A DNA stretch of 32,000 nt from Chlamydiales bacterium (GCA_965261025.1 OZ253438.1:180001-212000), one strand, 5' to 3'; shown: positions 1 through 8,673, numbered from the stretch's first letter. A program made the numbers and translations. Notes: generated by a model not told the origin, from the letters alone.

Positions 1-822
1 TTATTTCATCTACTTACTTTATCAGAGGCTGAGAAGGAAAGGGGGGTAGTAACGTGTTCTGCCGGGAATCACGGTTTAGGACTTGCTTATGGGGCAAAAA
101 AATTGGGCATTCCTTGTACGGTATACATTCCAAAGAATATAGATGAGGCTAAAAGAGACAAAATTAAGAAGCTGGGAGCAAGAGTCAGACAGTCTAATTT
201 CATTGGCTACGATGATACTTTATCCTGGGCATACGAGGAGATAGCAAAGACAAATCAGCATTTTATTAGTGCTTTTGAGGATGAGAGAATCATGGCAGGT
301 AATGGAGGAACAATTGCGAACGAGCTTTATGAAGATTTTCCGAGTATAAAGAATATTATCTTCCCTATTGGAGGAGGAGGTTTGGGTTCAGGGCTTTCTT
401 ATTATTTTAAAGAAGTAAATCCTTCTATCAGGTTAATTGGATGCCAACATGTAGATTCCCCAGGTTTTAGACTTTCCCTTGTAAAAGATGAAGCGATTAC
501 AAAGCTTCCTTCCATTGAGACGCTTGCCGGTGGAGTGGAGGGGGGTATTGGAATAAAATGTTTTGAAGTTTTAAAGCATAGAATTGATGAAGTTTGTTTA
601 GTTTCAGAGGAAGAAATATATGACGCTTTTTGTTGGATGCTAGAATACCACCAGTATCTGATTGAGCCAACAGCAGCAGTATCTATTGCAGCAGTTTTAA
701 GTGGAAAAGTACCATTCCTTGAAGGAATGAGTGTTATTTTGCTTAGTGGAAGAAACGTTAGTTTGTCTACAACTCAGAGAATCTTACAGAAAAGATATTC
801 CTTTTTTCAACGTAAAGAATAA
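1..822 (+). CDS. PLP-dependent serine/threonine dehydratase-family enzyme (fold-type II), 5'-truncated by window edge
   Basis: Frame 1 is open from nt 1, so the TTG at 103 in the ORF track is internal. The upstream residues read ...ERGVVTCSAGNHGLGLAYGAKKLGIPCTVYIP. The SAGNHG loop and the GGGGLGSG phosphate-binding loop are typical of Trp-synthase-beta-like PLP enzymes (Ser/Thr dehydratase / Ser racemase group). There is no C-terminal ACT domain. Confidence 0.8.
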   Translation, partial: LFHLLTLSEAEKERGVVTCSAGNHGLGLAYGAKKLGIPCTVYIPKNIDEAKRDKIKKLGARVRQSNFIGYDDTLSWAYEEIAKTNQHFISAFEDERIMAGNGGTIANELYEDFPSIKNIIFPIGGGGLGSGLSYYFKEVNPSIRLIGCQHVDSPGFRLSLVKDEAITKLPSIETLAGGVEGGIGIKCFEVLKHRIDEVCLVSEEEIYDAFCWMLEYHQYLIEPTAAVSIAAVLSGKVPFLEGMSVILLSGRNVSLSTTQRILQKRYSFFQRKE

Positions 823-878
823 TATCTTGCTGAAAATAGATAAGACTTTATTTGGATTTTTTTCTAAATGGGCGTAAC

Positions 879-1820
879 ATGAGATCCATGTTGGCTTCTC
901 CTCAAAGAGGGAATAAAAAAGCCTATCCTATATTAATAGCGTTTTTGTTGCGCGGTTTTTTAGGAGTGGGTTTAATGGTTTTTGCCTACTATCAAATGGA
1001 GGGCTTTTCGGAAAGTTATCTCTATGTGAAAGAAAAATCCTCTCCCAAGAAAGCCATTTTCCAGTCTGTGGGAACTATCTTAGATCAACCCTTTTTTTAT
1101 TTAAGCTCAGGAAGGCAGTGTTTTGCTTTTATAAGCCAAGATCAAAAGTTTGTCTTAAAGTTTATGAATCAAGCAAAGTTTGATCTGCCTTACTTTTTGC
1201 GGAAAATTCCCTTTCCTTATCTTGAAGAAAAAGCTAAAAAAAGAAAGCTAAGATCCCTTTCATTTTATGAAAGCTTTCATCTAGGGAAAGAGCTTACGCA
1301 GCAGACAGCTGTCCTGTATGCCAAATTAGATAGAGAAGAAGCTTTATTTCCTACTCTTTTGGTGTACGACCCTATAGGGTACCCTAAATACATAGATTTA
1401 AATCAAACGCATTTCATCCTGCAAAAAAGGGGTGAACTAATTTATCCTCATCTAACCTCTTTGGAAAAAGAACCTAACAAGTTCTGGAATGCAGTAGATT
1501 CTTACCTGGAACTTGTTTTTTCTCGGATCCAAAAAGGGATTTATGATGATGACTTAAATGTGGACCAAAACATAGGTTTTATTGAAGGAAAGGCTTTTTT
1601 ACTCGATTTTGGAAGGCTTTATAGAGCACAAGATCTTTCTCTCTCAGAGAAGAAAAGAGAACTAAGGAGATCTACCAAGTTCTTTGAAAGATGGCTTATA
1701 AAAAAAGCTCCAGAGAAGTTGTCTCTTTTTCAAGAAAAGCGAAAGGAAATAGAAAAAAAACTAGAGTCTTTTCCTTATCAAGAAGAAGCAGAAAGGGTCA
1801 AAGGAGCTTTTCAAGAGTAG
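879..1820 (+). CDS. membrane-anchored hypothetical protein with a protein-kinase-like motif set
   Basis: The tracked ORF is 852..1820 (TTG); the first ATG is at 879. It has a basic N-terminus and one TM helix (YPILIAFLLRGFLGVGLMVFAYY). After that, in order: LSSGRQCFAF (Gly-loop-like), FVLKF (VxK-like), YDDDLNVDQNIGF (catalytic-loop-like D...N) and LLDFGRL (DFG). I do not recognise the family. Confidence 0.6.
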   Translation: MRSMLASPQRGNKKAYPILIAFLLRGFLGVGLMVFAYYQMEGFSESYLYVKEKSSPKKAIFQSVGTILDQPFFYLSSGRQCFAFISQDQKFVLKFMNQAKFDLPYFLRKIPFPYLEEKAKKRKLRSLSFYESFHLGKELTQQTAVLYAKLDREEALFPTLLVYDPIGYPKYIDLNQTHFILQKRGELIYPHLTSLEKEPNKFWNAVDSYLELVFSRIQKGIYDDDLNVDQNIGFIEGKAFLLDFGRLYRAQDLSLSEKKRELRRSTKFFERWLIKKAPEKLSLFQEKRKEIEKKLESFPYQEEAERVKGAFQE

Positions 1821-1874
1821 GCATTTTGAAGAGTTTTCTTCTTTTTTTTCCCAAAAAATGGCACTACAAGGAGT

Positions 1875-3191
1875 ATGAGAAGAAGATATCGAGCTTTAAA
1901 AAAGTTTTTCTTAAAAGATCTTTGGGAGTCTCCTCTAAAAAAAGAGAGGGGATTTCGTTGGTTTTTCTTTCGCTTTGCTAGATCTATTTTATTCTCTCTA
2001 AGGGGCTTTTTTGAGGATCTGTGTTTTCTAAGAGCTTCTGCTTTAACTTATTATACTCTTATGTCGTTAGTTCCTGTGCTTACGATGTTTTTAGCTATTG
2101 CACAAGCATTTGGATACCAGGCCTCGTTAAAGAAGTTTGTCTACGAGAGATTTACAGGACAAGAGATATTTATTACCGAGGTACTAACTTTTTCTAAGAA
2201 CCTCTTAGAAAATACGAAAAAGGGATGGATCACAGGAGTGGGAGTTGTCCTTTTATTCTGGAGTGTTATCAAGGTATTATCTCACATAGAAAAAGCCTTA
2301 AACCATATTTGGGAAATACAAAAAACAAGGAGGTTTGTTAGAAAATTTAGTGACTATTTGTCCATTATGCTTGTAGCACCTATTTTAGTGATTTTAGCAA
2401 GCAGTGTAACGGTTTATACGGTAAGTAAGTTACAAGGATATATCCATTATCTTTCTTTTTCAGAACAGGTGAGCTCTTCCCTTCTTTTTTTGGTAAGACT
2501 TATTCCCTATGCTTTGATTTGGGTCCTTTTTTTCTTCCTCTATATTTGCATTCCAAATACGAAGGTACAAGTAGGTCCCGCTACCATAGGGGGAATAGTA
2601 GGAGCTTGTTTATACCAGTTCATTCAATGGATCTATGTCCATTTTCAAGGGGAGCTTAATAGTTATGGAACTATTTATGGAAGCTTTGCCGCGATTCCCC
2701 TTTTTTTGATTTGGCTGGATTTAAGCTGGCTTTGTGTATTTTTTGGTGCAGAAGTGTGTCATACATACCAAAATCTGGAGAAATATGAGTTCGGTTGGGA
2801 AGTTCCTCACTTCAGTATTCGTTTTAATCTCATAGTGTACTTGTGGGTTACGCAGGAAGCTATTTTACGTTTTCAAAAAGGAAAGAAAATGAGTAAAGAA
2901 GAGATTTATGAAACCTTAAAACTTCCTATGCCTTATATAGAACAGGTTTTGCAGAGACTAGTCTGTTTAAATATTTTAGTAGAAGTTACTTCAGAAAAAA
3001 AATACGTTCCTGCAAAAGAAACGGAGGCTCTTACGGTAAAAGATGTAGTTGAAAGAACTCTGCGGAAGGGAAAGGAAGATATAGGTCCCCCTTTAGAGTT
3101 CTTTCAGGAAGTTATGGAAGAGTTTTTCTCTTTTATGAAAGAAAAATGGAATCAACCCTTAAAAGAGATAGGAAAGCATGGGTTTAGATAA
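1875..3191 (+). CDS. YihY/BrkB-family inner-membrane protein (formerly annotated 'RNase BN') with soluble C-terminal extension
   Basis: LRASALTYYTLMSLVPVLTMFLAIAQAFG and the subsequent hydrophobic helices (..FAAIPLFLIWLDLSWLCVFFGAEV..) match the YihY/BrkB family pattern. The last ~130 aa are soluble. Confidence 0.85.
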   Translation: MRRRYRALKKFFLKDLWESPLKKERGFRWFFFRFARSILFSLRGFFEDLCFLRASALTYYTLMSLVPVLTMFLAIAQAFGYQASLKKFVYERFTGQEIFITEVLTFSKNLLENTKKGWITGVGVVLLFWSVIKVLSHIEKALNHIWEIQKTRRFVRKFSDYLSIMLVAPILVILASSVTVYTVSKLQGYIHYLSFSEQVSSSLLFLVRLIPYALIWVLFFFLYICIPNTKVQVGPATIGGIVGACLYQFIQWIYVHFQGELNSYGTIYGSFAAIPLFLIWLDLSWLCVFFGAEVCHTYQNLEKYEFGWEVPHFSIRFNLIVYLWVTQEAILRFQKGKKMSKEEIYETLKLPMPYIEQVLQRLVCLNILVEVTSEKKYVPAKETEALTVKDVVERTLRKGKEDIGPPLEFFQEVMEEFFSFMKEKWNQPLKEIGKHGFR

Positions 3192-4128
3192 AATCTATCC
3201 TCTTACCTTTCGTCCCATTTATAAAGAATATGTATGGGGAGGTACCAAGCTTTTCTCTATAAAAAAGGAAAAGCAAAAGAAGAAAATAGCAGAATCTTGG
3301 GAAGTTTGTGATAGGGAAGAAGGGGAGAGCCTTGTAGAAAAAGGGTTTTATGAAGGATATAGCCTCAAAGAGCTTCTTCGAGAAAAAAGCGCTCTTGTTT
3401 TGGGAAAAGAAGAAAAACAATTTCCCCTTTTAATCAAGCTTATTGACTCTGCTGAAAACTTAAGTATTCAAGTTCATCCCAGTCAAGACTCTTCGAAAAT
3501 TACTAAAGCAGAGCCCAAAACAGAAATGTGGTATATTTTAGAAGCGGAGAAAAAAGCTGCTATCTACGCAGGATTTCAAAAGGAAATTCCGCTCGAAAAA
3601 AGAAAAGAGCTTTTAGGAAAGAAGGAAATGCTTTCTTACTTAAGGAAAATTCCCGTGAAAAAGGGGGATGTTGTTTTCATTCCAGGTGGAAGAGTACACG
3701 CTATTTTGCAGGGCTGTTTTTTATTAGAAGTTCAGCAAAACTCCAATACAACCTATCGTATCTATGATTGGGAAAGAAAGGAAAAAAATAGGCCTCTTCA
3801 CTATAAAGAGTCTTTTGAAACCATTTTATGGGAGGATATTCAAAGTCCTTTATGCTCTCCTCTTTTGGAAGAGGAAGGGGAGGGGTTTCAAAAGTTTTTA
3901 TGTTTGCAAACTCCCTTTTTTAGTCTACGAAAATATACGATCCAACAAGAGACCACCTTTCCTTTGGCAAAGAAGTTTCATGTTTTTTTTCTCATAGAGG
4001 GAAAAGCTTTTTACAAGGAAGGAGAAAAGTGGATAGAGATGGAGCTTTTAAGAGCTTATTTTTGGCCTGCTTGTTTGCTTCAAATAACTGTGAAAGGGAT
4101 CGCTACGCTACTTTGTGTAAGCTCTTAA
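3178..4128 (+). CDS. manA: class I (cupin-type) mannose-6-phosphate isomerase
   Basis: YPLTFRPIYKEYVWGG, LIKLIDSAENLSIQVHP, KTEMWYILEAE and GGRVHAI give the PMI type I signature with the Zn ligands (Q/H, E, H) present. The ATG at 3178 overlaps the upstream stop by 14 nt. Confidence 0.85.
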   Translation: MGLDKIYPLTFRPIYKEYVWGGTKLFSIKKEKQKKKIAESWEVCDREEGESLVEKGFYEGYSLKELLREKSALVLGKEEKQFPLLIKLIDSAENLSIQVHPSQDSSKITKAEPKTEMWYILEAEKKAAIYAGFQKEIPLEKRKELLGKKEMLSYLRKIPVKKGDVVFIPGGRVHAILQGCFLLEVQQNSNTTYRIYDWERKEKNRPLHYKESFETILWEDIQSPLCSPLLEEEGEGFQKFLCLQTPFFSLRKYTIQQETTFPLAKKFHVFFLIEGKAFYKEGEKWIEMELLRAYFWPACLLQITVKGIATLLCVSS

Positions 4129-4188
4129 AATTCCTTTGGGGTTTTTGTGCAGAATTTTAGAATAAGATAGCTTCTTTGGTGTGTTGTT

Positions 4189-5163
4189 TTACTTTATTCT
4201 ACGCAATTGATAAATCGCTAAAGCAACTCCAGAAAGTTCACTAATATTTACCTCTAGTTTGCTTGGAACAATTTTACATACAGAAAGAGGTTGAGGCCAT
4301 GTGTATTTTTTTAGTTTTTTTTGTAAAGGGGTTAAAAAAAGACTCTTTGCATGGATAACAATGGTTCCTAAAACGATTACTTCAGGGTTAAAAGCCATAA
4401 TTAAAGTCCCTATGGCTTGAGCGCACCTTTCCAGGAAAGGCTCCCAGATTTTTAGCGCAAAAGGGTCTTTTGCCTTCACTGCTTCGACTATATGGACTGC
4501 GCTAATATCTGTTATTTTTCCCTTTGCTTTTTCTAAAATGGCGGTCTTTATTTTCTGTTTTTTCAATTGGGATTGAATGTGTAAGGCAAGACTTTTTCCT
4601 CCACAGAAGGCTTCAAAACACCCTTGTAAACCACAGGCGCAATCAGGCCCTTTAGGATCTAAAATCATATGACCAATTTCTCCTGCTGTTTCTGTTTTTC
4701 CCACAACAAGCTGATCATTTACAATAATCCCTCCCCCAATTCCAGTGCTCATAGTAAGATAGAGCATATTAGAAGTTCTTTTAGCTCCCCCAAAATAGTA
4801 CTCTGCTAAAACAGCAGCATTGGCGTCATTACTGATAAAAGTAGGGATTTTAAAAGCTTTTTGGATGGGAGAGACAACGGGGGAGTTATGCCATCCTGGC
4901 AAATTGGGAGGAGTAAGTAAAATGCCCTTTTTGGAATCTAAAGGACCTGGGGACGAAATCCCGATAGCTTGAACCATTTGTTTAGGTATTTTTCCTTGTT
5001 TTAATACCTTCTCAATAAGATGGATAATAGCGCTACATCCTTCCTTAGCTGTTTTCAAAGGAGCTGTTAAAATTCTTTCAGAAAAAGCAATTTTCCCTTC
5101 TTCATTAGCTAGACATACAGAAATTTTTGTTCCTCCAATATCTACTCCAACAAAGTGTGTCAT
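4189..5163 (-). CDS. glk: ROK-family sugar kinase, probable glucokinase
   Basis: The N-terminal VGVDIGGTKISV ATP-binding motif comes directly at the start, with no HTH, so this is a kinase and not a ROK repressor. The ROK Zn motif CACGLQGCFEAFCGG and GIGGGII are present. Confidence 0.8.
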   Translation of the reverse strand: MTHFVGVDIGGTKISVCLANEEGKIAFSERILTAPLKTAKEGCSAIIHLIEKVLKQGKIPKQMVQAIGISSPGPLDSKKGILLTPPNLPGWHNSPVVSPIQKAFKIPTFISNDANAAVLAEYYFGGAKRTSNMLYLTMSTGIGGGIIVNDQLVVGKTETAGEIGHMILDPKGPDCACGLQGCFEAFCGGKSLALHIQSQLKKQKIKTAILEKAKGKITDISAVHIVEAVKAKDPFALKIWEPFLERCAQAIGTLIMAFNPEVIVLGTIVIHAKSLFLTPLQKKLKKYTWPQPLSVCKIVPSKLEVNISELSGVALAIYQLRRIK

Positions 5164-5242
5164 AGTTTGTTAGCTCCTTTTTTTGCATTCTGTGAGAAAA
5201 AGGATCTTTAAGCAAGAAAAGATTTTTGCTACTCTTTTTTCT

Positions 5243-6067
5243 ATGAAGTGGCTTGCTTTGGACATCGATGGGACAATCACGGCAGAGAAGCACTCTTGCC
5301 CTGAGGAAATGGTTCATTATCTACAGACTCTTCAGAAGAAGGGCTGGGGTATTGTGATTTTAACAGGAAGGAGCTTTTCCTTTTCTCAAGGCATTCTTTC
5401 CTCTTTTTCCTTCCCTTTTTTCTTCTCCGCTCAAAACGGTTCTATCCTGCTACAAATGCCTGAGAAAAAGATCCTGGAAAAGGCCTACCTAAACAAGGAA
5501 GAAATCTCTTTTGTGCAAAAAATAGCAGAAAAAGAAAAAGCACCCCTTTTGGTCTATGCAGGTTTTGAAAGAGGTGATACAGGGTTTTATGATCCAAAAA
5601 ATCTTTCCGAAGAAGAGCTTGCTTATGTGAAAGATCTTGCCTCTAGAGAAAGTAAGCCTTGGCATGCCTTTTCTGAGATGGATCTAGAAGAAGCGCCTTT
5701 TTTAAAGGCGTTTGGAAACAAAAAGGTTATAGAGAGGTTGTTTACTACTTTAGAGAAAAAGGGGAGTTTTCATCTCTTTTTAGTCAAAGATCCCTTCAAA
5801 GAAGGGACGTTTCTTTTGCAAGTTACTAAAAAGGGGTGTAACAAGGGATCTTGTTTAAAAAAGTTTTTAGAGAAACGGGAAAGGAAAGTATTAATTGCAG
5901 CTGGAGATGACGCAAATGATCTGCCTCTTCTTCAAGTAGCAGATATTAAGATTGCAATGGAACAGGCTCCTTCTTTTTTAAAAGAAGGAGCGCATTACAT
6001 CGCTTCTTCTCCAGAAAAAGAAGGCCTTATCCCCACTTTACGAAAGGTTATTGACCTAGTTTTGTAG
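5243..6067 (+). CDS. HAD-IIB (Cof-type) sugar-phosphate phosphatase
   Basis: [13 protein letters not shown] (DxDGT nucleophile motif), ILTGRS and [12 protein letters not shown] (HAD motif IV) are present. The tracked ORF starts at TTG 5183. I prefer ATG 5243, which sits directly before the DxD motif. Confidence 0.8.
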   Translation: MKWLALDIDGTITAEKHSCPEEMVHYLQTLQKKGWGIVILTGRSFSFSQGILSSFSFPFFFSAQNGSILLQMPEKKILEKAYLNKEEISFVQKIAEKEKAPLLVYAGFERGDTGFYDPKNLSEEELAYVKDLASRESKPWHAFSEMDLEEAPFLKAFGNKKVIERLFTTLEKKGSFHLFLVKDPFKEGTFLLQVTKKGCNKGSCLKKFLEKRERKVLIAAGDDANDLPLLQVADIKIAMEQAPSFLKEGAHYIASSPEKEGLIPTLRKVIDLVL

Positions 6068-6955
6068 AGACTGGCTATCTATGGCAACTCCCATAGCGTG
6101 CATTCCATTGTCCACAAATAAAATAGAACCCGTGATAGCAGAAGCTTGTTCAGACAAAAGAAAGCAGGCGGCTTTTGCCACCTCTTCTGCTTCAAGCTCT
6201 TTCTTCAAGGGGGCATTTTCTTTGTAATAGTTGATCATATCTTCAATCATTCCAATTGCTTTAGCAGCTCTGCTGGGAAGAGGGCCTGCAGAGATGCAGT
6301 TTACCCGAAGATTCCACTTTCTACCCGCTTCAAAGGCTAGGGTACGAACATCACTTTCTAAAGCAGCTTTGGAAGAACTCATCCCCCCTCCGTATTTAGG
6401 GATAACTTTGGTAGAAGCGATATAGGAAAGGCAAAGAGCAGATCCTTTTTCTCCCATGACAGGCCCAAAATGGGCTAGTAAGCTCACAAAGGAATAAGAA
6501 GAAGAGCTCATAGCGGCTAGGTAGCCTTTACGAGAAGTTTCCAGGAGAGGTTTTTTTACCTCAGGTGCGTTTGCTAAGGAGTGGACTAGAAAATCAATTT
6601 TCCCATAGTCCTTCTCTACTTCTTTGGCTACTTGTGATAAGGTAAAGGATTTTAGATCCTTGTACCGTTTATTTTCTAAAATCTCTGGAGGAACGTCTTC
6701 TAAAGAATCAAACATAGCGTCCATAGGATAAACTTTTGCATATTCCCATAAAGAGCCATCCGAGAGCTTTCTAGATTCATCAAATTTTTTGTTTTTCCAA
6801 GAAGTAAGAAAAATATTTACTACAGGAGCCCAGGTTCCAATCAGAATTTCACAGCCTCTTTCTGCTAAGGCTTTTGCTATGGCCCAGCCAAAGCCATTAT
6901 CATCACCGATCCCAGCGATAAAGGCCTTTTTTCCTGTAAGATCTTTTGAGTGCAT
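6056..6955 (-). CDS. fabI: enoyl-ACP reductase (NADH), plant/chlamydial-type FabI
   Basis: [80 protein letters not shown] and NCISAGPL run nearly colinear with chlamydial/plant ENR as I recall it. A GGGGA SD-like element lies upstream of the ATG. Confidence 0.95.
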   Translation of the reverse strand: MHSKDLTGKKAFIAGIGDDNGFGWAIAKALAERGCEILIGTWAPVVNIFLTSWKNKKFDESRKLSDGSLWEYAKVYPMDAMFDSLEDVPPEILENKRYKDLKSFTLSQVAKEVEKDYGKIDFLVHSLANAPEVKKPLLETSRKGYLAAMSSSSYSFVSLLAHFGPVMGEKGSALCLSYIASTKVIPKYGGGMSSSKAALESDVRTLAFEAGRKWNLRVNCISAGPLPSRAAKAIGMIEDMINYYKENAPLKKELEAEEVAKAACFLLSEQASAITGSILFVDNGMHAMGVAIDSQSLQN

Positions 6956-7099
6956 ATCTTCATCCCCTGATAGTAAAGAAGCCAGTTTAGCTTATTTCTA
7001 GCTAATTCTCAAGAAGAGGTATTTGCCCATAAAGAAAAAAAAAGTTATATCTAGGGAAATAGAGGAAAATTTTTATTTTATGCTAAAGGGGATGGTTTG

Positions 7100-7885
7100 A
7101 TGAGGACTGTGGCTATTTTGAATCAAAAGGGAGGGACAGGAAAGACGACTACAGCGGTAAATTTGGCAGCTTCCCTAGCAGAAATGGGAAAAAAAATTCT
7201 CCTTATAGACCTAGATCCTCAAGCTTCCGCCTCTCTTTGGTATGGATTTAAAGACAAGGGAAAGGCTCTTTTCGAGGTTTTAACGGACGAAAGAGAAATT
7301 CTATCTGCGGTGGAAAAAACCTCCGTGGAAGGGCTTGATATCCTTCCTGCTTCGCAACTTTTAGCAGGAGTAGAAAAGGCTTTAGCTCAAGAAGTAGGAG
7401 CAGAAAGAGTGTTAAAGTGTAAATTTGAGGAGATGGCAGATAAACCTTGGGACTATGTCCTTATAGATTGCCCTCCCACACTGGGTATCTTATCTTTAAA
7501 TGCTCTTTCTTTAGTAAAAGAGGTTTTAGTTCCTGTAGAAACGCATGTTATGGCCTTGCATGGACTAGTGCAGCTTTTGAAAACCATTGATCGTGTTCAA
7601 AAGCGGGTAAATCCAGAACTTCTTTTAACTGGTATTTTAGCTTGTAGAGTAGATTTTAGAACAAAGCACTCTTCTGAGGTACTAGATCAGCTAAAAAGTC
7701 GGTTTTCAGGAAAAGTTTACTCTTGTGTAATTCGGGAAAATATCCGTCTTGCAGAAGCTCCTTTACACATGAAGCCTATCATTTGTTACGACCCCTCCTG
7801 TAAAGGCTCGCAAGATTACAGGGCGCTGGCAAAAGAGCTCATCAGCCAAGAAGCTCCTTTTAAAGAGAAGAAAGAACAAGGGTAG
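7100..7885 (+). CDS. parA: ParA/Soj-family P-loop ATPase (no adjacent parB)
   Basis: It carries the deviant Walker A NQKGGTGKTTTAVNLA, then LLIDLDPQ and VLIDCPP. ATG 7100 lies one codon after the tracked TTG 7097, with AAAGGGGA upstream. Confidence 0.9.
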   Translation: MRTVAILNQKGGTGKTTTAVNLAASLAEMGKKILLIDLDPQASASLWYGFKDKGKALFEVLTDEREILSAVEKTSVEGLDILPASQLLAGVEKALAQEVGAERVLKCKFEEMADKPWDYVLIDCPPTLGILSLNALSLVKEVLVPVETHVMALHGLVQLLKTIDRVQKRVNPELLLTGILACRVDFRTKHSSEVLDQLKSRFSGKVYSCVIRENIRLAEAPLHMKPIICYDPSCKGSQDYRALAKELISQEAPFKEKKEQG

Positions 7886-8518
7886 CTAGAAGGAAAGGGT
7901 AGCGTAAGCTCCTATCACGTTTTGATAGCGCCACACATCCTTAGAGGATTTGAGCTGTCGGAAGGTATAAAACACTTTCATATTAAAAAAAGAGGCCAAA
8001 TCTGTATTAAGCCCCAGAGAGATTCTATTTTGTACAAAACCTCGTTTATCCCTAAAAAAAGCCTCTTCTGAAACATAGGGGCTGATTCTTGCTTTAAAAA
8101 GAAGGGAAAAAAGAGATCTATACTGAAAAGCATCAGGATTGTCTTGCCTTACAAGATAAGAAAACCTACTTCTGTGAGAAAACACAAGGAGATTTCCTTC
8201 TTTTTTAAACAAAACATCTGCTAAAGGTTCATAAGTAGGTTTAAAAGAGGCAGAGCTTCTGGAGAAAACTTGACGATATCCCCAAGCAAAAGAAAAAAGG
8301 GGGCTCATCTTATGAACGAGCATGGCTTCTGCATGAATATAGTACAGATAAGAAACATCATCTCCCCACCTTGCTTCTACATCGAAAAAGAGAAAAGAAC
8401 TTTCAGAAATAGAGACCTTTTGCTTTTGTTGCACCCAAAATTGAAGATCTCCTTTTTGATTCAGGCTTGCAGTAGCAAAAATAGGAAGAAAAAATAGTAA
8501 AATTCTAAAAAAAATCAT
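7886..8518 (-). CDS. putative outer-membrane beta-barrel protein (possibly DUF2490-like), signal peptide
   Basis: The N-terminal signal is MIFFRILLFFLPIFATAS. Alternating aromatic/polar strand-like segments run throughout, and the C-terminus ...GAYATLSF ends in Phe (OMP beta-signal). The family assignment is from memory only. Confidence 0.5.
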   Translation of the reverse strand: MIFFRILLFFLPIFATASLNQKGDLQFWVQQKQKVSISESSFLFFDVEARWGDDVSYLYYIHAEAMLVHKMSPLFSFAWGYRQVFSRSSASFKPTYEPLADVLFKKEGNLLVFSHRSRFSYLVRQDNPDAFQYRSLFSLLFKARISPYVSEEAFFRDKRGFVQNRISLGLNTDLASFFNMKVFYTFRQLKSSKDVWRYQNVIGAYATLSF

Positions 8519-8610
8519 CCCTTCTCCTTAAATTTAGGTTAGGTGTTTTCTTCTCTAAAGTACAGATTAAGATTTTCTCTTCGATAAGGTCAAAGGTTTT
8601 TTTCCTTCAA

Positions 8611-8633
8611 AAAAGGGAAGCTATCTCCCTTTT
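8611..8633. repeat. perfect 8-bp inverted repeat (AAAAGGGA-N7-TCCCTTTT) in a divergent intergenic region
   Basis: Read directly: 8611-8618 aaaaggga, loop agctatc, 8626-8633 tccctttt. It lies 40 nt upstream of the 8674 start. Function unknown. Confidence 0.5.
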
Positions 8634-8673
8634 TCAAGATATGTTACTTTTATCGTAATTTAAGAGATAAGTC

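Noticed and set aside
103-105. TTG at 103 as the start of the first CDS
   Set aside because: Frame 1 stays open back to nt 1, and the upstream residues (..VVTCSAGNHGLGLAYGAKK..) continue the conserved PLP-enzyme motif. The gene is truncated by the window edge.
1691-1981. 96-aa ORF bridging the kinase-like gene and the yihY-like gene, plus other nested or antisense ORFs (e.g. 3184-3420 -, 3528-3997 +, 5105-5317 -, 6146-6425 +, 6789-7001 +, 8270-8497 +, 9345-9572 +, 10416-10601 -, 14197-14421 -, 15437-15652 +, 16565-16753 +, 18229-18587 -, 18899-19084 -, 21221-21409 -, 24109-24291 +, 24648-24851 -, 25136-25580 -, 26015-26323 +, 26682-26876 -, 27072-27519 -, 27639-27956, 28197-28379 -, 28539-28766 +, 28819-29028 -, 29439-29774 +)
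   Set aside because: All are embedded in, or antisense to, genes with strong family signatures. Their translations are K/R/S/F-rich low-complexity with no recognisable motif.
4126-4159. AT-rich inverted repeat TAAAATTC...GAATTTTA between convergent manA and glk as a bidirectional terminator
   Set aside because: The 8-bp stem is almost entirely A/T and the loop is ~18 nt, so predicted stability is too low to call a terminator.
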